Assembly: GCF_964213995.1 (NCBI RefSeq)
Contig: NW_027590536.1
Coordinates: forward strand, 186,001 to 250,000
Origin: Mustelus asterias
Lineage: Eukaryota
DNA length: 64,000 nt
Reading direction: 5' to 3'
Part shown: one piece after another, positions 1-11,562 of the stretch
Numbering within the stretch: position 1 is the first letter of the stretch
How the letters are laid out: each line of letters opens with the position of its first letter
Position numbers and translations under genes: made by a program
The notes under the pieces: model-generated
Told to the model about the DNA's origin: nothing
Databases searched by the model: none
Seen by the model: the letters and a program-made list of their open reading frames with translations, nothing else

Positions 1-527
1 TCCAACCTGTGGACACACCAGCGAATTCACACTGGGGAGAGGCCATTCACCTGCTCTCAGTGTGGAAAGGGATTCACTCGGTTATCCGACCTGCAGACAC
101 ATCAGCGCGTTCATACTGGGGAGAGGCCGTACACCTGCTCTCAGTGTGGAAAGGGATTCACCATGTCATCCACTTTGCAGAGACACCAGCGAATTCACAC
201 TGGGGAGAGGCCGTTCACCTGCTCTCAGTGTGGAAAGGGATTCACTCAGTTATCCCACCTGCAGACACATCAGCGCATTCACGCTGGGGAGAGGCCGTTT
301 ACCTGCTCTCAGTGTGGGAAGGGTTTCGCTCAGTCATCCGTCCTGCAGACACATCAGCGCATTCACACTGGGGAGAGGCCGTTTACCTGCTCTCAGTGTG
401 GGAAGGGTTTCGCTCGTTCATCAAACCTGCAGAGACATCAGCGAGTTCACATGGGGAGAGGCCATTCACCTGCTCTCAGTGTGGGAAGGAATTCACTCAG
501 TTGTCCCACCTGCTGAGACATCAGTGA
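1..527 (+). CDS. 3' part of a C2H2 ZNF gene (CSQC-type fingers) with a degenerate end
   Basis: Frame 1 reads [16 protein letters not shown] repeats from base 1. A 1-bp deletion near 451 shifts the frame, TGA occurs at 525-527, and decayed finger sequence continues to about 617. Confidence 0.85.
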   Translation, partial: QPVDTPANSHWGEAIHLLSVWKGIHSVIRPADTSARSYWGEAVHLLSVWKGIHHVIHFAETPANSHWGEAVHLLSVWKGIHSVIPPADTSAHSRWGEAVYLLSVWEGFRSVIRPADTSAHSHWGEAVYLLSVWEGFRSFIKPAETSASSHGERPFTCSQCGKEFTQLSHLLRHQ

Positions 528-616
528 GGTTACACTGGGGAGAAACCGTCCACCTGCTCAGTGTATAAAAAGGGTTCAGAATTTCATCACAGCTGCTGAG
601 GCACCAACAAGTTCAC

Positions 617-850
617 AGGGGTTGGATTCTGCTGTTATTGTTTCTGCTCTCAATTACACCAGGACTGCATTCTGTTCATTCTCACAGTTGGTCAATGGGG
701 AGGGTCGGAGGGTTTCTTTCTGCTGGACTGGCCGGTCTCACAACTTTGCCTCCAGTGGGCTGATGCTCTTTGAGTCTTGTTGCGAATACCTGGTTTCAAA
801 TTTCACAAGGATCACAGAGTGACCGGGTGTGAGGAAGTTCAGAGATATTT
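617..850 (+). repeat. Conserved ZNF-family 3' UTR block
   Basis: GGGGTTGGATTCTGCTGTTATTG...GAGGAAGTTCAGAGA. Near-identical copies at about 59154-59382 (+) and 18337-18565 (-); diverged copies at about 8150-8297 (-) and 22580-22770 (+). Confidence 0.85.
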
Positions 851-1782
851 AGTCAGCATTTCTGTTTGAAACTCCCCCAGAAGCCCATCCAATTTCCTTT
901 GTAATTGTTTACTGTCTCCACTTCCTCCACCCTCGTAGGCAGCAAGTTCCAGGTCAGTACCATGCACTGCATCAAAATATTCTTTAATTTCTGTTTGAAA
1001 GATATTGTGAATATATTGTCCTGGACAATAAAGAAATTGGAATAACTCACCTTGGGTGTGGGTGAATGGAATATATCAATCTGGTATCCACCTACAGTCT
1101 AGAGGAAGTATGGAATGTGTAGCTGGAAATCCCTCCCTAACAGCACTGTGGGTGTACTTATACCTCAGGCATTGTAGCAGTTCAGGAAGGCAGTGTTGGG
1201 GTTGACCATGGCCGAGGCAGCTACATACAGCCACATATTCTGTTATAATTGAAGGACTGCAGATTGAATGTGAGGCATTGTGGGACTGGACTATCTTGAC
1301 CACATTCCTGTGACTGCTCAGTTTCTGCAATCACGGACCATTAAAGCTGCTTAGCAGGGCCCCGACAGAGGACCTGGTGAGAATATTTACTCAGAATGGG
1401 TTAGAATTAAACTTATTCCAGGACCGGCTGGTGTTCAGCGGCTGAGATTCCCGAATCTGTAAAAAGGGGGTCTGACCAATCAACAAACAGTGGTAGGTAG
1501 TTGGTTAAGAAGTTAAAAAGCGTTCTCAGGCATTGTTTAAATTATTTTATCCCAAATTTGTGATAAGAACTGTGAGGGACATGTGACCCGATAGTCAGTG
1601 AAGTGACGGTATACTCCAAGTAGCACTGGACTGAAAAGCAGACCTCAGAGTAGATTCTAATGGTTATAAACTGACCCAAGCATGGCCAGTGAAAAATCAG
1701 AGCTTGAGTGAGGACTGGACAGGTCTCTTACCTGCTGTTTGGAAACTAAGAACAAGAAACTTATCGATAAAATTATTAGAGA

Positions 1783-1955
1783 ATACAGCCAACGTTTCAA
1801 GTCTGGAAGACATTTCATAACAGCTCTTATGAAGGGTCATCCATACTTGAAACATTGGCTCCACTCTGTCTCCACAGATGCTGCCAGACCTGCTGAGCTT
1901 TTCCAGCATTTTCTGTTGTTGTTTCAGATTCCAGCATCCGCAGTATTTAACTTTT
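1783..1955. mobile_element. Short Penelope-like terminal-repeat derivative with inverted arms
   Basis: AGCCAACGTTTCAAGTCTGGA...TCCATACTTGAAACATTGGCT inverted arms followed by CTCCACAGATGCTG. Related copies near 3020-3155, 36235-36325, 49950-50030 and 57165-57335. Confidence 0.55.
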
Positions 1956-3846
1956 CTGATAAAATGATTAGTTCTGATTGGAATCCCCACGACCCTCCCG
2001 CAAAACAGAGGGAGTGGTGGCAAAGGGAGAAAAAGGATAAGGATGATAAAGTCTGGGTTCTGATTCTCCGAGCCCATGTAGAATAAACAAAATGAGTGAA
2101 TCAGTTTATAAAGAACAGAAGTTGTCCATCCCTAACAAAAACTGATCAAATGAAAATAATTAGGTTCTGGAATATAACAAAAAAATTAAGAGATGAAGTT
2201 TACAATCGAGTTTGTTTTGATTTTTATACTTGTGTAAAGTGGTATTATTGAGGGCCAAGTGTTTGCTGCTCACTCCCCATCCCTTTAGGTTCTGTAGAAA
2301 AGTTAACCCTTTCAGCAGACAGTTCATTTCTTTTCAAATCATCTGAAAACTCATGTCTATTTTAGTTTATAATTGAAGATTTATGGGAATTGGCTAAGAT
2401 GGGCTTTCGGCATTTTTAAAGTATAAAAAAGTGGTCTTGAGAAGGCAATTTGGTAGAGAGAGGTGGAGGGAGAGATGTTTACAGAGAGGTGTTGAGAGCT
2501 GTTGGTTTTACAAGTTATCCATGTTTTTGGAGCGGTCACTTCATGTCCTGGTCTGAGAGGGATGGAGAGAAGTCTGTTCAATTGTTAATGTTAAACTTTC
2601 TCTATTAACTGTTAATCGACACTCCGTTTTTATCTTTCTGACTTGTTACATTTTTAATGATAAATAAACTTTCTGAATTCACCATTTAATGTGTTCTTTC
2701 TTACCATATGGTTCAGACACTGGAACCTGGTGTGATTTACGATTGGGGAGGTTATTGTAAACAAGAGAACCCCCATAAATCTTAGTTCAAATAAATCAAA
2801 GTTCTGACAAATGGAATGTTATCCTTTATTACGAGAGAAAGTGAACCTCGGAGTAAAGATGTTCTGCTTCAGTTATGCAGGGCGTTGCTGAGACTGCATC
2901 TTGAACATTCGGTGCAGCTTTGTCTCCTATTTAAGAAATGATACAAATGCATTGAAAGTGGTTCAGAGGAGGTTTAATAGATTGCTTCCCAATTTTGTCC
3001 GATTTTCCTTGTCTTCACCTCTGACAAAGAGTAATCCTGACTCAAAATGTTGCCTCCATTCTCTCTCTACAGATGCTGTCAGACTTGCTGAGATTGTCCA
3101 GCATTTTCTGTTTTTGTTTCAGATTCCAACAACAGCAGAATTTTGCCTTTATACTAATTCTTGTTGGATAAGGGCATCAAAAGTATCGGGTATAGCACGA
3201 GAACGCAACACAAAAAGATCAGCCATGATGTAAATAAACGGTGGAGGAAACTCAAAGGGCCAAATGGCCGATTTCTGCTCCGATGTCGAATGTTGGTCAC
3301 AGATTTCTGAGAATTCTGAACCAAGGCTGGAAGATTCGCCTTGCTTGTGTTCGTGGGAAAATGTCCAGGAGAACCATCACTGTGAAGGACAGTTCTGGGA
3401 TTAAAGGTTGCCCGACTGGAAAAGGAAAACAATGGAAATAAACTGTTGAGGAGTAAAGAATCACTTTGGGCTGGTTTTTGGAGAAAGAGTGTCAACATTC
3501 CAAGGCAGGGTAAAATATATCCATTGAGTGGATATTTAATGGTGTTAAGAGTAAAAGGGCAAAGTTTAATTTTGCAGTTTAAGGGCGATGTTCCCTATAA
3601 AAAAGTGTTTAATCATTGTTGCTTCCAGTTTGTTGGAGTAAACGCCATAAACTTGAAGTTTTGTCATGTCATTCTTTAATTTACTCACTGGGTTTAGAAT
3701 TTTTTTTTAAATTGTTGATCATCAGAGATCCTAACAGTTCATTTAAAGGCACACATTTCGACTTCCCATTTGAGCCTGGGCACCTTTCTGTCTCTATTGC
3801 TCGTGTCAATGACAGCCAGGCGATGGAGTTGAGGGCTAATATTAGC

Positions 3847-4500
3847 TGAGAATAACGGGGCCTGCGCCCCAGTTGGGAAACTGCCATGAGCGTCGCACTA
3901 ATAGAGAGACTAATAAATAAACTTTAAGACATTGATTTTTACAACTTCATGCGGGTGATCAGTCCGTAGAAACGTAACCCTCTCTGGCTCCTTCTTTGAC
4001 AGGAATTCTTGTGGAATTCAGCCTTGGGAGTCTGGTTCCTTCTCTGACAGTAATTTCCTTGGAACTCAGCCTCGGGAGTTTTCAGTATTTGGCTCGCAAG
4101 GAAGACGTTCAGAACCTCTACTTTTATCCACAAAGTGACGATTACTTCACGTCAGAGTTGGGCCTGTTGTATCATGACAATTGGTCAATTTGACCACTAG
4201 ATTAATTTAACTGGATCCTCAATTACTAACACCACCACCTCTTATTATCTTAGACAGGAATACAATAGAACTGGTTCATACTATCCCTTTAGCTGATTCT
4301 ATACAATCCCTTATTCACACAGTTTCAAATGTTGAGGCTAATCAGAGCTTGAAGGTCTCTCTCGCCAGTACATTTATCCTCATTGCACATTCTTTACATA
4401 CACAGCAATTAAACTCTTACAGCAAATAAAACTCAATCTTTTACTATAACGACGGATTCATTGATTAACTATAACTCAATTAAGGCTCATTAATTTCTCA
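3847..4500. mobile_element. Possible solo LTR
   Basis: Bounded by TGAGAA...TTCTCA, with an internal ~47-bp tandem duplication (about 3985-4080). No TSD found. Confidence 0.3.
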
Positions 4501-4536
4501 TCTGTTCATGACTGGTAGCTAATAAATAGCTACCAG

Positions 4537-6677
4537 ATGGGGCAGATGTTTGAGGGCAAATCAACATCTGGCGTGTGGGAGGCTTTCAAGTGTAAGTTGA
4601 TAGGGATTCAGGACCAGCACATTCCTGTAAGGGTGAAGGATAAGTATGGCAAGTTTTGGGAACCTTGGATAATGAGAGATATTGTGAGCCTCGTCAAAGA
4701 GAAAAACGAAACATTTGTCAAAGCTAGGAGGCTGGGAACACATGAAGCAAGTGTGGAATACAAGGAAAGTAGAAAGAAACTTAAGCAAGGAGTAAGGCGG
4801 GCTAAAAGGGGTCACGAAAAAGCATTGGCCAGCAGGATTAAGGAAAATCCCAAGGCTTTTTATACATATATAAAGAGCAAGAGGGTAGCCAGGGAGAGGG
4901 TTGGCCCACTCAAGGACAAGGGAGGGAATCTATGCGCGGAGCCAGAGGAAATGGGCGAGGTATTAAATGAGTACTTTGCGTCAGTATTCACCAAAGAAAA
5001 GGACTTGGTGGATGATGAGTCTGAGAAAGGATGTGCAGATAGTTTGAGTCATGTTGAGATCAAAAAGGAGGAGGTATTGGGGTTCGTGAGAAACATTAAG
5101 GTAGACAAGTCCCGAGGGCCTGATGGGATTTACCCCAGAATACTGAGGGAGGCAAGGGAGGAAATTGCTGGGGCCTTGAGAGAAATATTTGTATCCTTAC
5201 TGGCGACAGGGGAGGTCCCAGAGGATTGGAGAATAGCCAATGTTGTTCCTTTGTTTAAGAAGGGTAGCAAGAATAATCCAGGTAATTACCGGCCGGTGAG
5301 CCTTACATCAGTAATAGGGAAATTATTGGAGAGGATTCTTCGAGACAGGATTTATTCCCACTTGGAAATAAGTGGACGTATTAGTGAGAGGCAACATGGT
5401 TTTGTGAAGGGGAGGTCGTGTCTCACGAACTTGGTCGAGTTTTTCGAGGAAGTGACGAAGATGATTGATGAGGGTAGGGCAGTGGATGTTGTCTACATGG
5501 ACTTCAGTAAGGCCTTTGACAAGGTCCTTCATGGCAGACTGATGCACAAGGTGAAGTCGCATGGGATCAGAGGTGAGCTGGCAAGGTGGATACAAAACTG
5601 GCTCGGTCAAAGAAGACAGAGGGTATCAGTGGAAGAATGCATTTCTGAATGGAGGGCTGTGACAAGTGGCATTCCCCAGGGATCAGTGCTGGGATCTTTG
5701 CTGTTTGTAATATGCACAAATGATTTGGAGGAAAATGTAACTGGTTTGATTAGTAAGTTTGCGGGCGACACAAAGGTTGGAGGATTTGCGGATAGCGATG
5801 AGGACCAGCAGAGGATACAGCAGGATATAGATCGGTTGGAGACTTGGGCGGAGAGATGGCAGATGGAGTTTAATCCAGACAAATGTGAGGTAATGCATTT
5901 TGGAAGGTCTCATACAGATAGGAAATATACAGTAAATGGCAGAACCCTTATGAGTATTGATAGGCAAAGGGATCTGGGTGTACAGGTACACAGGTCACTG
6001 AAGGTGGCAATGCAGGTGGAGAAGGTCGTCAAGAAGGCATACAGCATGCTTGCCTTTATCGGCCAGTGCACTGAGTTTAAAAATTGGCAAGTCATGTTGC
6101 AGCTTTATAGAACCTTAGTTAGGCCGCACTTGAAACATAGTGTTCAATTCTGGTCGCCACGCTACCAGAAAGAGGTGGAGGCTTTGGAGAGGGTACAGAA
6201 AAGATTTACCAGGATGTTGCCTGGTATGGAGGGCATTAGCTATGAGGAGAGGTTGGAGAAACTTGGTTTGTTCTCACTGGAGCGACGGAGATTGAGGGGC
6301 GGCCTGATAGAAGTCTACAAGATTATGAGAGGCATGGACAGAGTGGATAGTCAGAAGCCTTTTCCCAGGGTGGAAGAGTCAATTACTGGGGGGCACAGGT
6401 TTAAGGTGCGAGGCGCAAGGTTTAAAGGAGATGTACAAGGCAGATTTTTTACACAGAGTAGTGGGTGCCTGGAACGCGTTGCTGGGGGAGGTAGTGGAAG
6501 CGATACGGTAGTGACTTTTAAGGGGCATCGTGACAAATACATGAATAGGATGGGAATAGAGGGATATGGTCCCCGGAAGGGTAGGGGGTTTTCGTTAAGT
6601 CAGGCAGCATGGTCGGTGCAGGCTTGGAGGGCCGAAGGGCCTGTTCCTGTGCTGTAATTTTCTTTGTTCTTTGTTCT
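4537..6677 (+). mobile_element. CR1-clade LINE, 5'-truncated, with a 706-aa open RT frame
   Basis: ORF 4537..6657 carries [31 protein letters not shown] and FAGD (for FADD) motifs; TTCTTTG-repeat tail. Confidence 0.95.
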
Positions 6678-7369
6678 AAATACAGTAATATTTAATGAAC
6701 ACATTTGGTTCATACAATGTGGTTGACTCTCAACTGCCCTCTGAACAAGGGCATCTAGGGATGAGCAATAAATGTTGGCCAGCCAGCGACGTCCATGTCC
6801 CACAACTGAATAAGGTTAATACAAGATATACTGGTTTGAAAAGACACTTGCTGCAAGCCAATAGCTTTCCTTCTTACTTGAACTGAGCAATCAACCTTAC
6901 TCTTGAGCCAGATTTGACAGAATATAATGTCCTCCAACTGATCAAATTAATAGAAGAAATTCTTAGTTCAGACAATTCCTGCCAGCAATGCATCTTCCAC
7001 AAGCATGCAGGTGAATCCAACATTCATTTTTAAAATAAAGCTCCAGTCACATGTTAGAATTTAACATGCCTTCCTTGACCTTGTTGCTGAGAATGTTTGA
7101 AGAGGCAGCAGGGGCACAATGGGTCACACGGCCTCCTTTTGTGCTCTCTGCTCCTCGTTTGCATTTGAAGTGGTAAATATCTGGGACTCACTTCTTACGA
7201 GCGGCTGAAGCAGAGATAATGGAATGTTTCCAAAAGGAAATTGGATGGGAACTTCAGGGAAATAAATCCGCAGGGACACGGAGAGAGAACAGGGCAACAG
7301 TTTGATCTACAGAGAGCCAGCATGGACTCAATGGGCTGAATGGCCCCATTCCCAATCCTAATGCCTGTC

Positions 7370-8005
7370 TGATCTAAAGAGAGAAATTTCAGCTGTTCCA
7401 CTCCCTCCAACTCACTGAAGTCCCTCATCCCTGGAGTCATTCTCGTAAATCTCCTCTGCACCCTCTCTAAGGACTTCACATCTTTCCTAAAGTGTGGGGC
7501 CCATGTATAGGGTTCCATTCTAGAGGGATAGAATTGAATAGCAGGGAGGTTCTGTTCAACTTGTTTAGAACCAGGTTCGGCTACACTGGGAGCACTGTCA
7601 ACATTTGTGATCTCCATTTAGAAAAAGGAAATAGAGGCACTGGAGAAGGAGCAACAAAGATTCACAAGAATAATCCCAGAACTGAGAGCATTTAACCTTC
7701 AGGAAAGGCTGGGGCTGCTTTTCTCGAGAAAAGAGAAGACTGAAGGGTGACCTGATACGATCATAAAGGGGTTCAATAATCCAATAGGGAGTTCAGTGAG
7801 AAACCTCTTTACCCAGCAAGTGAGTGGTTGAGGTGAACAGCATGAATACATTGAAGGGGAAGCTAGATACACACATGAGGGAGAAAGGAATAGAAGGATA
7901 TGCTGATGGGGGGAGATGAAGAGGGGTGGGTGGAGGTTCATGTGGAGCATAAATACTGACACAGACCAATTGAGCCGACTGGCCTGGCCCTGTGCTGTAG
8001 ACTCA
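7370..8005. mobile_element. Decayed CR1/L2 fragments in both orientations
   Basis: WAPHFRKDVKSLERVQRRFTRM on the minus strand; further CR1-like 3' sequence on the plus strand. Confidence 0.65.
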
Positions 8006-8433
8006 ATGGAACAGAGACAAATGTACTTACTGTAGATCTACTTGTAGTGGGAGGAAAAACATTATTTACTATCCAGGATAAAATAAATGTTCTTCGTCGG
8101 TTTGTGTGGGTCATTTCAGTGGAAATGTGCTCTCCCAGGCTCAGAGAGCATCAACCCACTGGAAGCAAAATTGTGAGAGCGGCCAGTCCAGCAGAAAGAA
8201 ACCCTCCGACCCTCCCACTTCACCAACTGTCAGAATGAACATGGTTCAGTCCTGGATGTGATTAACAGCAGCAATAACAGCAGAACCCAACCCCTGTCAT
8301 CACTTGTGAACTCGCTGGTGTCTCAGCAGGAGGGATGAACTGGTGAATTTCTTCCCACACACAGCAGCTGTGAATGGACTGGTGGATCATCAGTTCCTGA
8401 GAGCTTTTGAAACCACTCCCACAGTCAGAGCAG

Positions 8434-9960
8434 TTAAAGGATCTCTCCTGGGTGTGAGGGACATTGTGCATCAGCAGCTGGGGTATCGAGAGAATCCTTC
8501 CGCACACACAGAGCAGGTGAATGGTCTCTCCCAGTGTGAACCCGCTGGTGTCTCCTCAGTGTGCATGCCCTTCCAAACCTCTTTGTGCAGTGAGAGCAGC
8601 TGAACGGTCTCTCCCCAGTGTGAATGCGCTGGTGATCTATCAGATGCTCAGAAATTTTGAAGCCACTCCCACAGTCGGAGCATTTAAAGGGTCTTTCCTG
8701 GGAGTGAGTGACTTTGTGTCTCTGCAGGCTGGATAACCGAGTGAATCTGTTCCCACACTCGGAGCAGGTGAACGGTCTCTCCCCGCTGTGAACTTGCTGG
8801 TGAGTCAGCAGGGTGGATGACTGAGTGAATCCCTTCCCACACTCGGTGCAGGTAAATGGTCTCTCCTCGGTGTGAAGACGCTGGTGTGTCAGCAGGGTGA
8901 ATGACTGACTGAATCCCTTCCCACACACAGAGCAGATGAATGGTCTCTCCCTGGTGTGAACTCGCTGGTGTCTCTGCAGTGTGGATGACCTCTTAAACCT
9001 CTTTGTGCAGAGAGAGCAGCTGAACGGTCTGTCCTCAGTGTGAATGCGCTGGTGGGACACCAGTTCCCCAGAAATTTTGAATTCGCTCCCACAGTCCGAG
9101 CATTTAAAGGGCCTCTCACTGGTGTGAGTGACTTTATGACTCAGCAGGTTGGGTAAATTAGTGAATCCCTTCCCACACACAGAGCAGGTGAAAGGCCTCT
9201 CTCCGGTGTGAACTCGCTGGTGTGTCAGCAGGGCGGATAACTGTGTGAATCCCTTCCCACAGTCAGAGCAAGTGAATGGTCTCTCCCCGGAGTGAACTCG
9301 CTGGTGGTTCCGCAGGTTTGATGATGATCTAAATCTCATTGTGCAGAGAGAGCAGCTGAACGGTCTGTCCTCAGTGTGAATGCGCTGGTGGGACATCAGA
9401 TCCCGAGGACTTTTGAAGCAACTCTCACAGTCAGAGCATTTAAAGGGTCTCTCATTGGTGTGAGTGACTTTGTGCGTCAGCAGGGCGGATGACCGAAAGA
9501 ATCCCTTCCCACACACATTGCAGGTGAACGGTCTCTCCCCAGTGTGAATCCGTTGGTGTGCCCGCAGTTCGGAGGACCGAGAGAATCCCTTCCCACACAT
9601 GGAGCAGCTGAACGGTCTCTCCCCGGTGTGAACCCGCTGATGTCTCCGCAGTGTGGATGACCATTTAAATTTCATTGTGCAGTGAGAGCAGCTGAACGGT
9701 CTCTCCTCAGTGTGAATGCGCTGGTGGGACCCCAGTTCTCCAGAGCTTTTGAATCCGCTCCCACAGTCAGAGCATTTAAAGGGTCTCTCATTGGTGTGAG
9801 TGAGATTGTGACTCAGCAGGTGGGAGAACTTAATGTATCCCTTCCCACAGACTGAGCAAGTGAAGGGTCTCTCCCGAGTGTGACTGCGTTGATGAATTTC
9901 CAAATCACAGGGCAACATGAATCCTTGTCCACAATCGTCACATTTCCACAGTTTCTCCAT
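8434..9960 (-). CDS. C2H2 ZNF protein, 508 aa, 17 fingers (gene A)
   Basis: MEKLWKC start and 17 CX2CX12HX3H fingers with TGERPF-type linkers. Frameshift after finger 17; decayed fingers run to the ancestral HK-stop near 8300. Confidence 0.93.
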   Translation of the reverse strand: MEKLWKCDDCGQGFMLPCDLEIHQRSHTRERPFTCSVCGKGYIKFSHLLSHNLTHTNERPFKCSDCGSGFKSSGELGSHQRIHTEERPFSCSHCTMKFKWSSTLRRHQRVHTGERPFSCSMCGKGFSRSSELRAHQRIHTGERPFTCNVCGKGFFRSSALLTHKVTHTNERPFKCSDCESCFKSPRDLMSHQRIHTEDRPFSCSLCTMRFRSSSNLRNHQRVHSGERPFTCSDCGKGFTQLSALLTHQRVHTGERPFTCSVCGKGFTNLPNLLSHKVTHTSERPFKCSDCGSEFKISGELVSHQRIHTEDRPFSCSLCTKRFKRSSTLQRHQRVHTRERPFICSVCGKGFSQSFTLLTHQRLHTEERPFTCTECGKGFTQSSTLLTHQQVHSGERPFTCSECGNRFTRLSSLQRHKVTHSQERPFKCSDCGSGFKISEHLIDHQRIHTGERPFSCSHCTKRFGRACTLRRHQRVHTGRDHSPALCVRKDSLDTPAADAQCPSHPGEIL

Positions 9961-10998
9961 GATGCGGGTGTCCTTGTGACTCTCCAGGTTTGATGATCAG
10001 TTGAATCCTTGTCCACACAGAACACGTGTACGATCTCTCTTCACTGTAAACGGTGCAAAAGCTCTTCCCACTATCAGTGGACTGGAACACTCTCACTCGG
10101 GTGTGTTCCAGTCACACTGATGTTTAAAATCTCCTGAAGCAAACAGATCAGACAAACATTGCTTTTCTAGATTCAAAGGTCAATGATATTCAGGTCCCAA
10201 TAAATCGAATGACTCTGTCAAATCTTAATGTGATGTTTAGTTTGAAATTTCTGTCTGTAAGTTCTCACCTCCTGATATCTATGAAAGGAATTTACAACAG
10301 ACATCACTGTCAGTACAAGATAGAAATTCAGAACAGACAATTCTAGTTTCTATGGAACATTCTTTCCTCTCTCATTCCCCAAAAGCTGTCAATCGTCATC
10401 CCACACACTCTCCCTCAATTCTCACTCTGCTCTCCTGAGTATACAACCTCCCAAGTCTATTGAAGGTGCTGATTCAGGCTGATTAACGGATCCATGCTGA
10501 CCACTTTCTATATTGGACACAGAGATCTGAAAACCTACGTGTAACGTCCGGCCTACGTGCTAGAAATTAAAATCTGTGCCATATGTGGGACTGGATAACT
10601 GGATTGGGAGAAGGAGAAGGATGTGGGGAAGAATTTTATTTTGGTGCAGAAAGGTCATTACCTGGAAGCCGCTGCCTCAGGGGGTTGTGGAAGTGCAAAT
10701 GATCCATGATTAATCTTCAAGCTGACAGCCACGTTAAAGTTTTACATTTGGCCATAAATGAGCAGACTGATGCTGTGTGTAATGCACTGTATTACCTGGT
10801 TACAGATACATGAAGAATGTGAGGAGGATTTTTATTTCGGCAGCGAGTGGTGACCTGGAAGTTAAAAATTCAACAAGTCCCCAATTTCCCCCAGAATGCA
10901 AAAGAAACGCAAAAGGGGAGAAAAGAAAGTGTTTTACTCACAGATGTTGGCCTCTTTTTGGTCAAAAGGAGCTCACAAACTATTTTTCAAATTGACAT

Positions 10999-11071
10999 CG
11001 AGCCAGCCAGGAGTCGAACCTGGAATCTTCTGATCCATAGTCAGACGCGTTATCCATTGCGCCACTGACCC
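10999..11071 (-). tRNA. tRNA-Arg(ACG)-derived copy with anticodon mutated to ATG (probable retropseudogene)
   Basis: GGGTCAGTGGCGCAATGGATAACGCGTCTGACTATGGATCAGAAGATTCCAGGTTCGACTCCTGGCTGGCTCG matches vertebrate tRNA-Arg-ACG except C4T and C35T. Confidence 0.92.
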
Positions 11072-11099
11072 ACACTCTCACAGATGGTGCCGACAGGAG

Positions 11100-11430
11100 G
11101 AAGGTTGAGTCTGTCTGAAGCTCAATCTCCATTCAGAGAGAGAAGCAGCAGCAGCAGCTTCGCTCGGCAGGAATGAGCAGCTGAACAAGCTCATTGTGCA
11201 ACTTCCGCATTCAGACCATGGGGGAGCTCTGATTGGCTGGAGGAGCAGAGAACTTCCGGTCCTCCAGAGTTCCCATTGGTCAGCACGTTAGAATGTTCGC
11301 GGTGGGGGGGGGGGGGGAGAGGTCCCCACCGCACATGCGCAGCTTCCCCTCTCCCTTGGACATGCGCAGCCCCAGGCCTTTGGGGAGTGGACAGATTCAA
11401 TCTCCCTCTTGTCCTCAGCATTCCTCCTGT
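11100..11430. promoter_or_regulatory. Bidirectional promoter between ZNF genes A (-) and B (+)
   Basis: Two ATTGG (CCAAT) boxes, ETS-like ACTTCCGG and two CATGCGCA NRF1-like motifs. Homologous to 20940-21130. Flanked on both sides by outward-facing ATCT|GTGAGT donors. Confidence 0.7.
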
Positions 11431-11526
11431 GGGATAGTAACTGTTGGACTGCTTTTGTTAAACTCGTTCTGTGATTTTAAAGGGTTCAGTAGTGCAATGG
11501 ACACAGTTAAACAGTCCTTAAAAGAG
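11431..11526 (+). mobile_element. 96-bp insertion ending TAAAAGAG in inferred exon 1 of gene B (possible Tx1 3' UTR fragment)
   Basis: Interrupts TTCCTCCTGT...GCCAGCATCTGTGAG and is absent from the paralogous sites. Confidence 0.5.
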
Positions 11527-11562
11527 GCCAGCATCTGTGAGTAAAACACTTTCTTTTCTCCC

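Noticed and set aside
9-568. Repetitive ORFs in alternative frames over ZNF arrays (also at 18591, 58334 and elsewhere)
   Set aside because: Shadow frames of the 84-bp finger repeat.
1300-2700. Possible retroviral leader/gag remnant (WNPHDPPAKQREWW)
   Set aside because: No recognisable PBS, LTR or domain motif by eye; needs a homology search.
4537-6657. Active autonomous LINE or domesticated RT
   Set aside because: No endonuclease domain, catalytic FADD reads FAGD, and the C-terminus is frameshifted.
10999-11071. Call as a genuine tRNA-His gene
   Set aside because: The body is tRNA-Arg-ACG, the anticodon change is a CpG transition, and it is flanked by a TSD.
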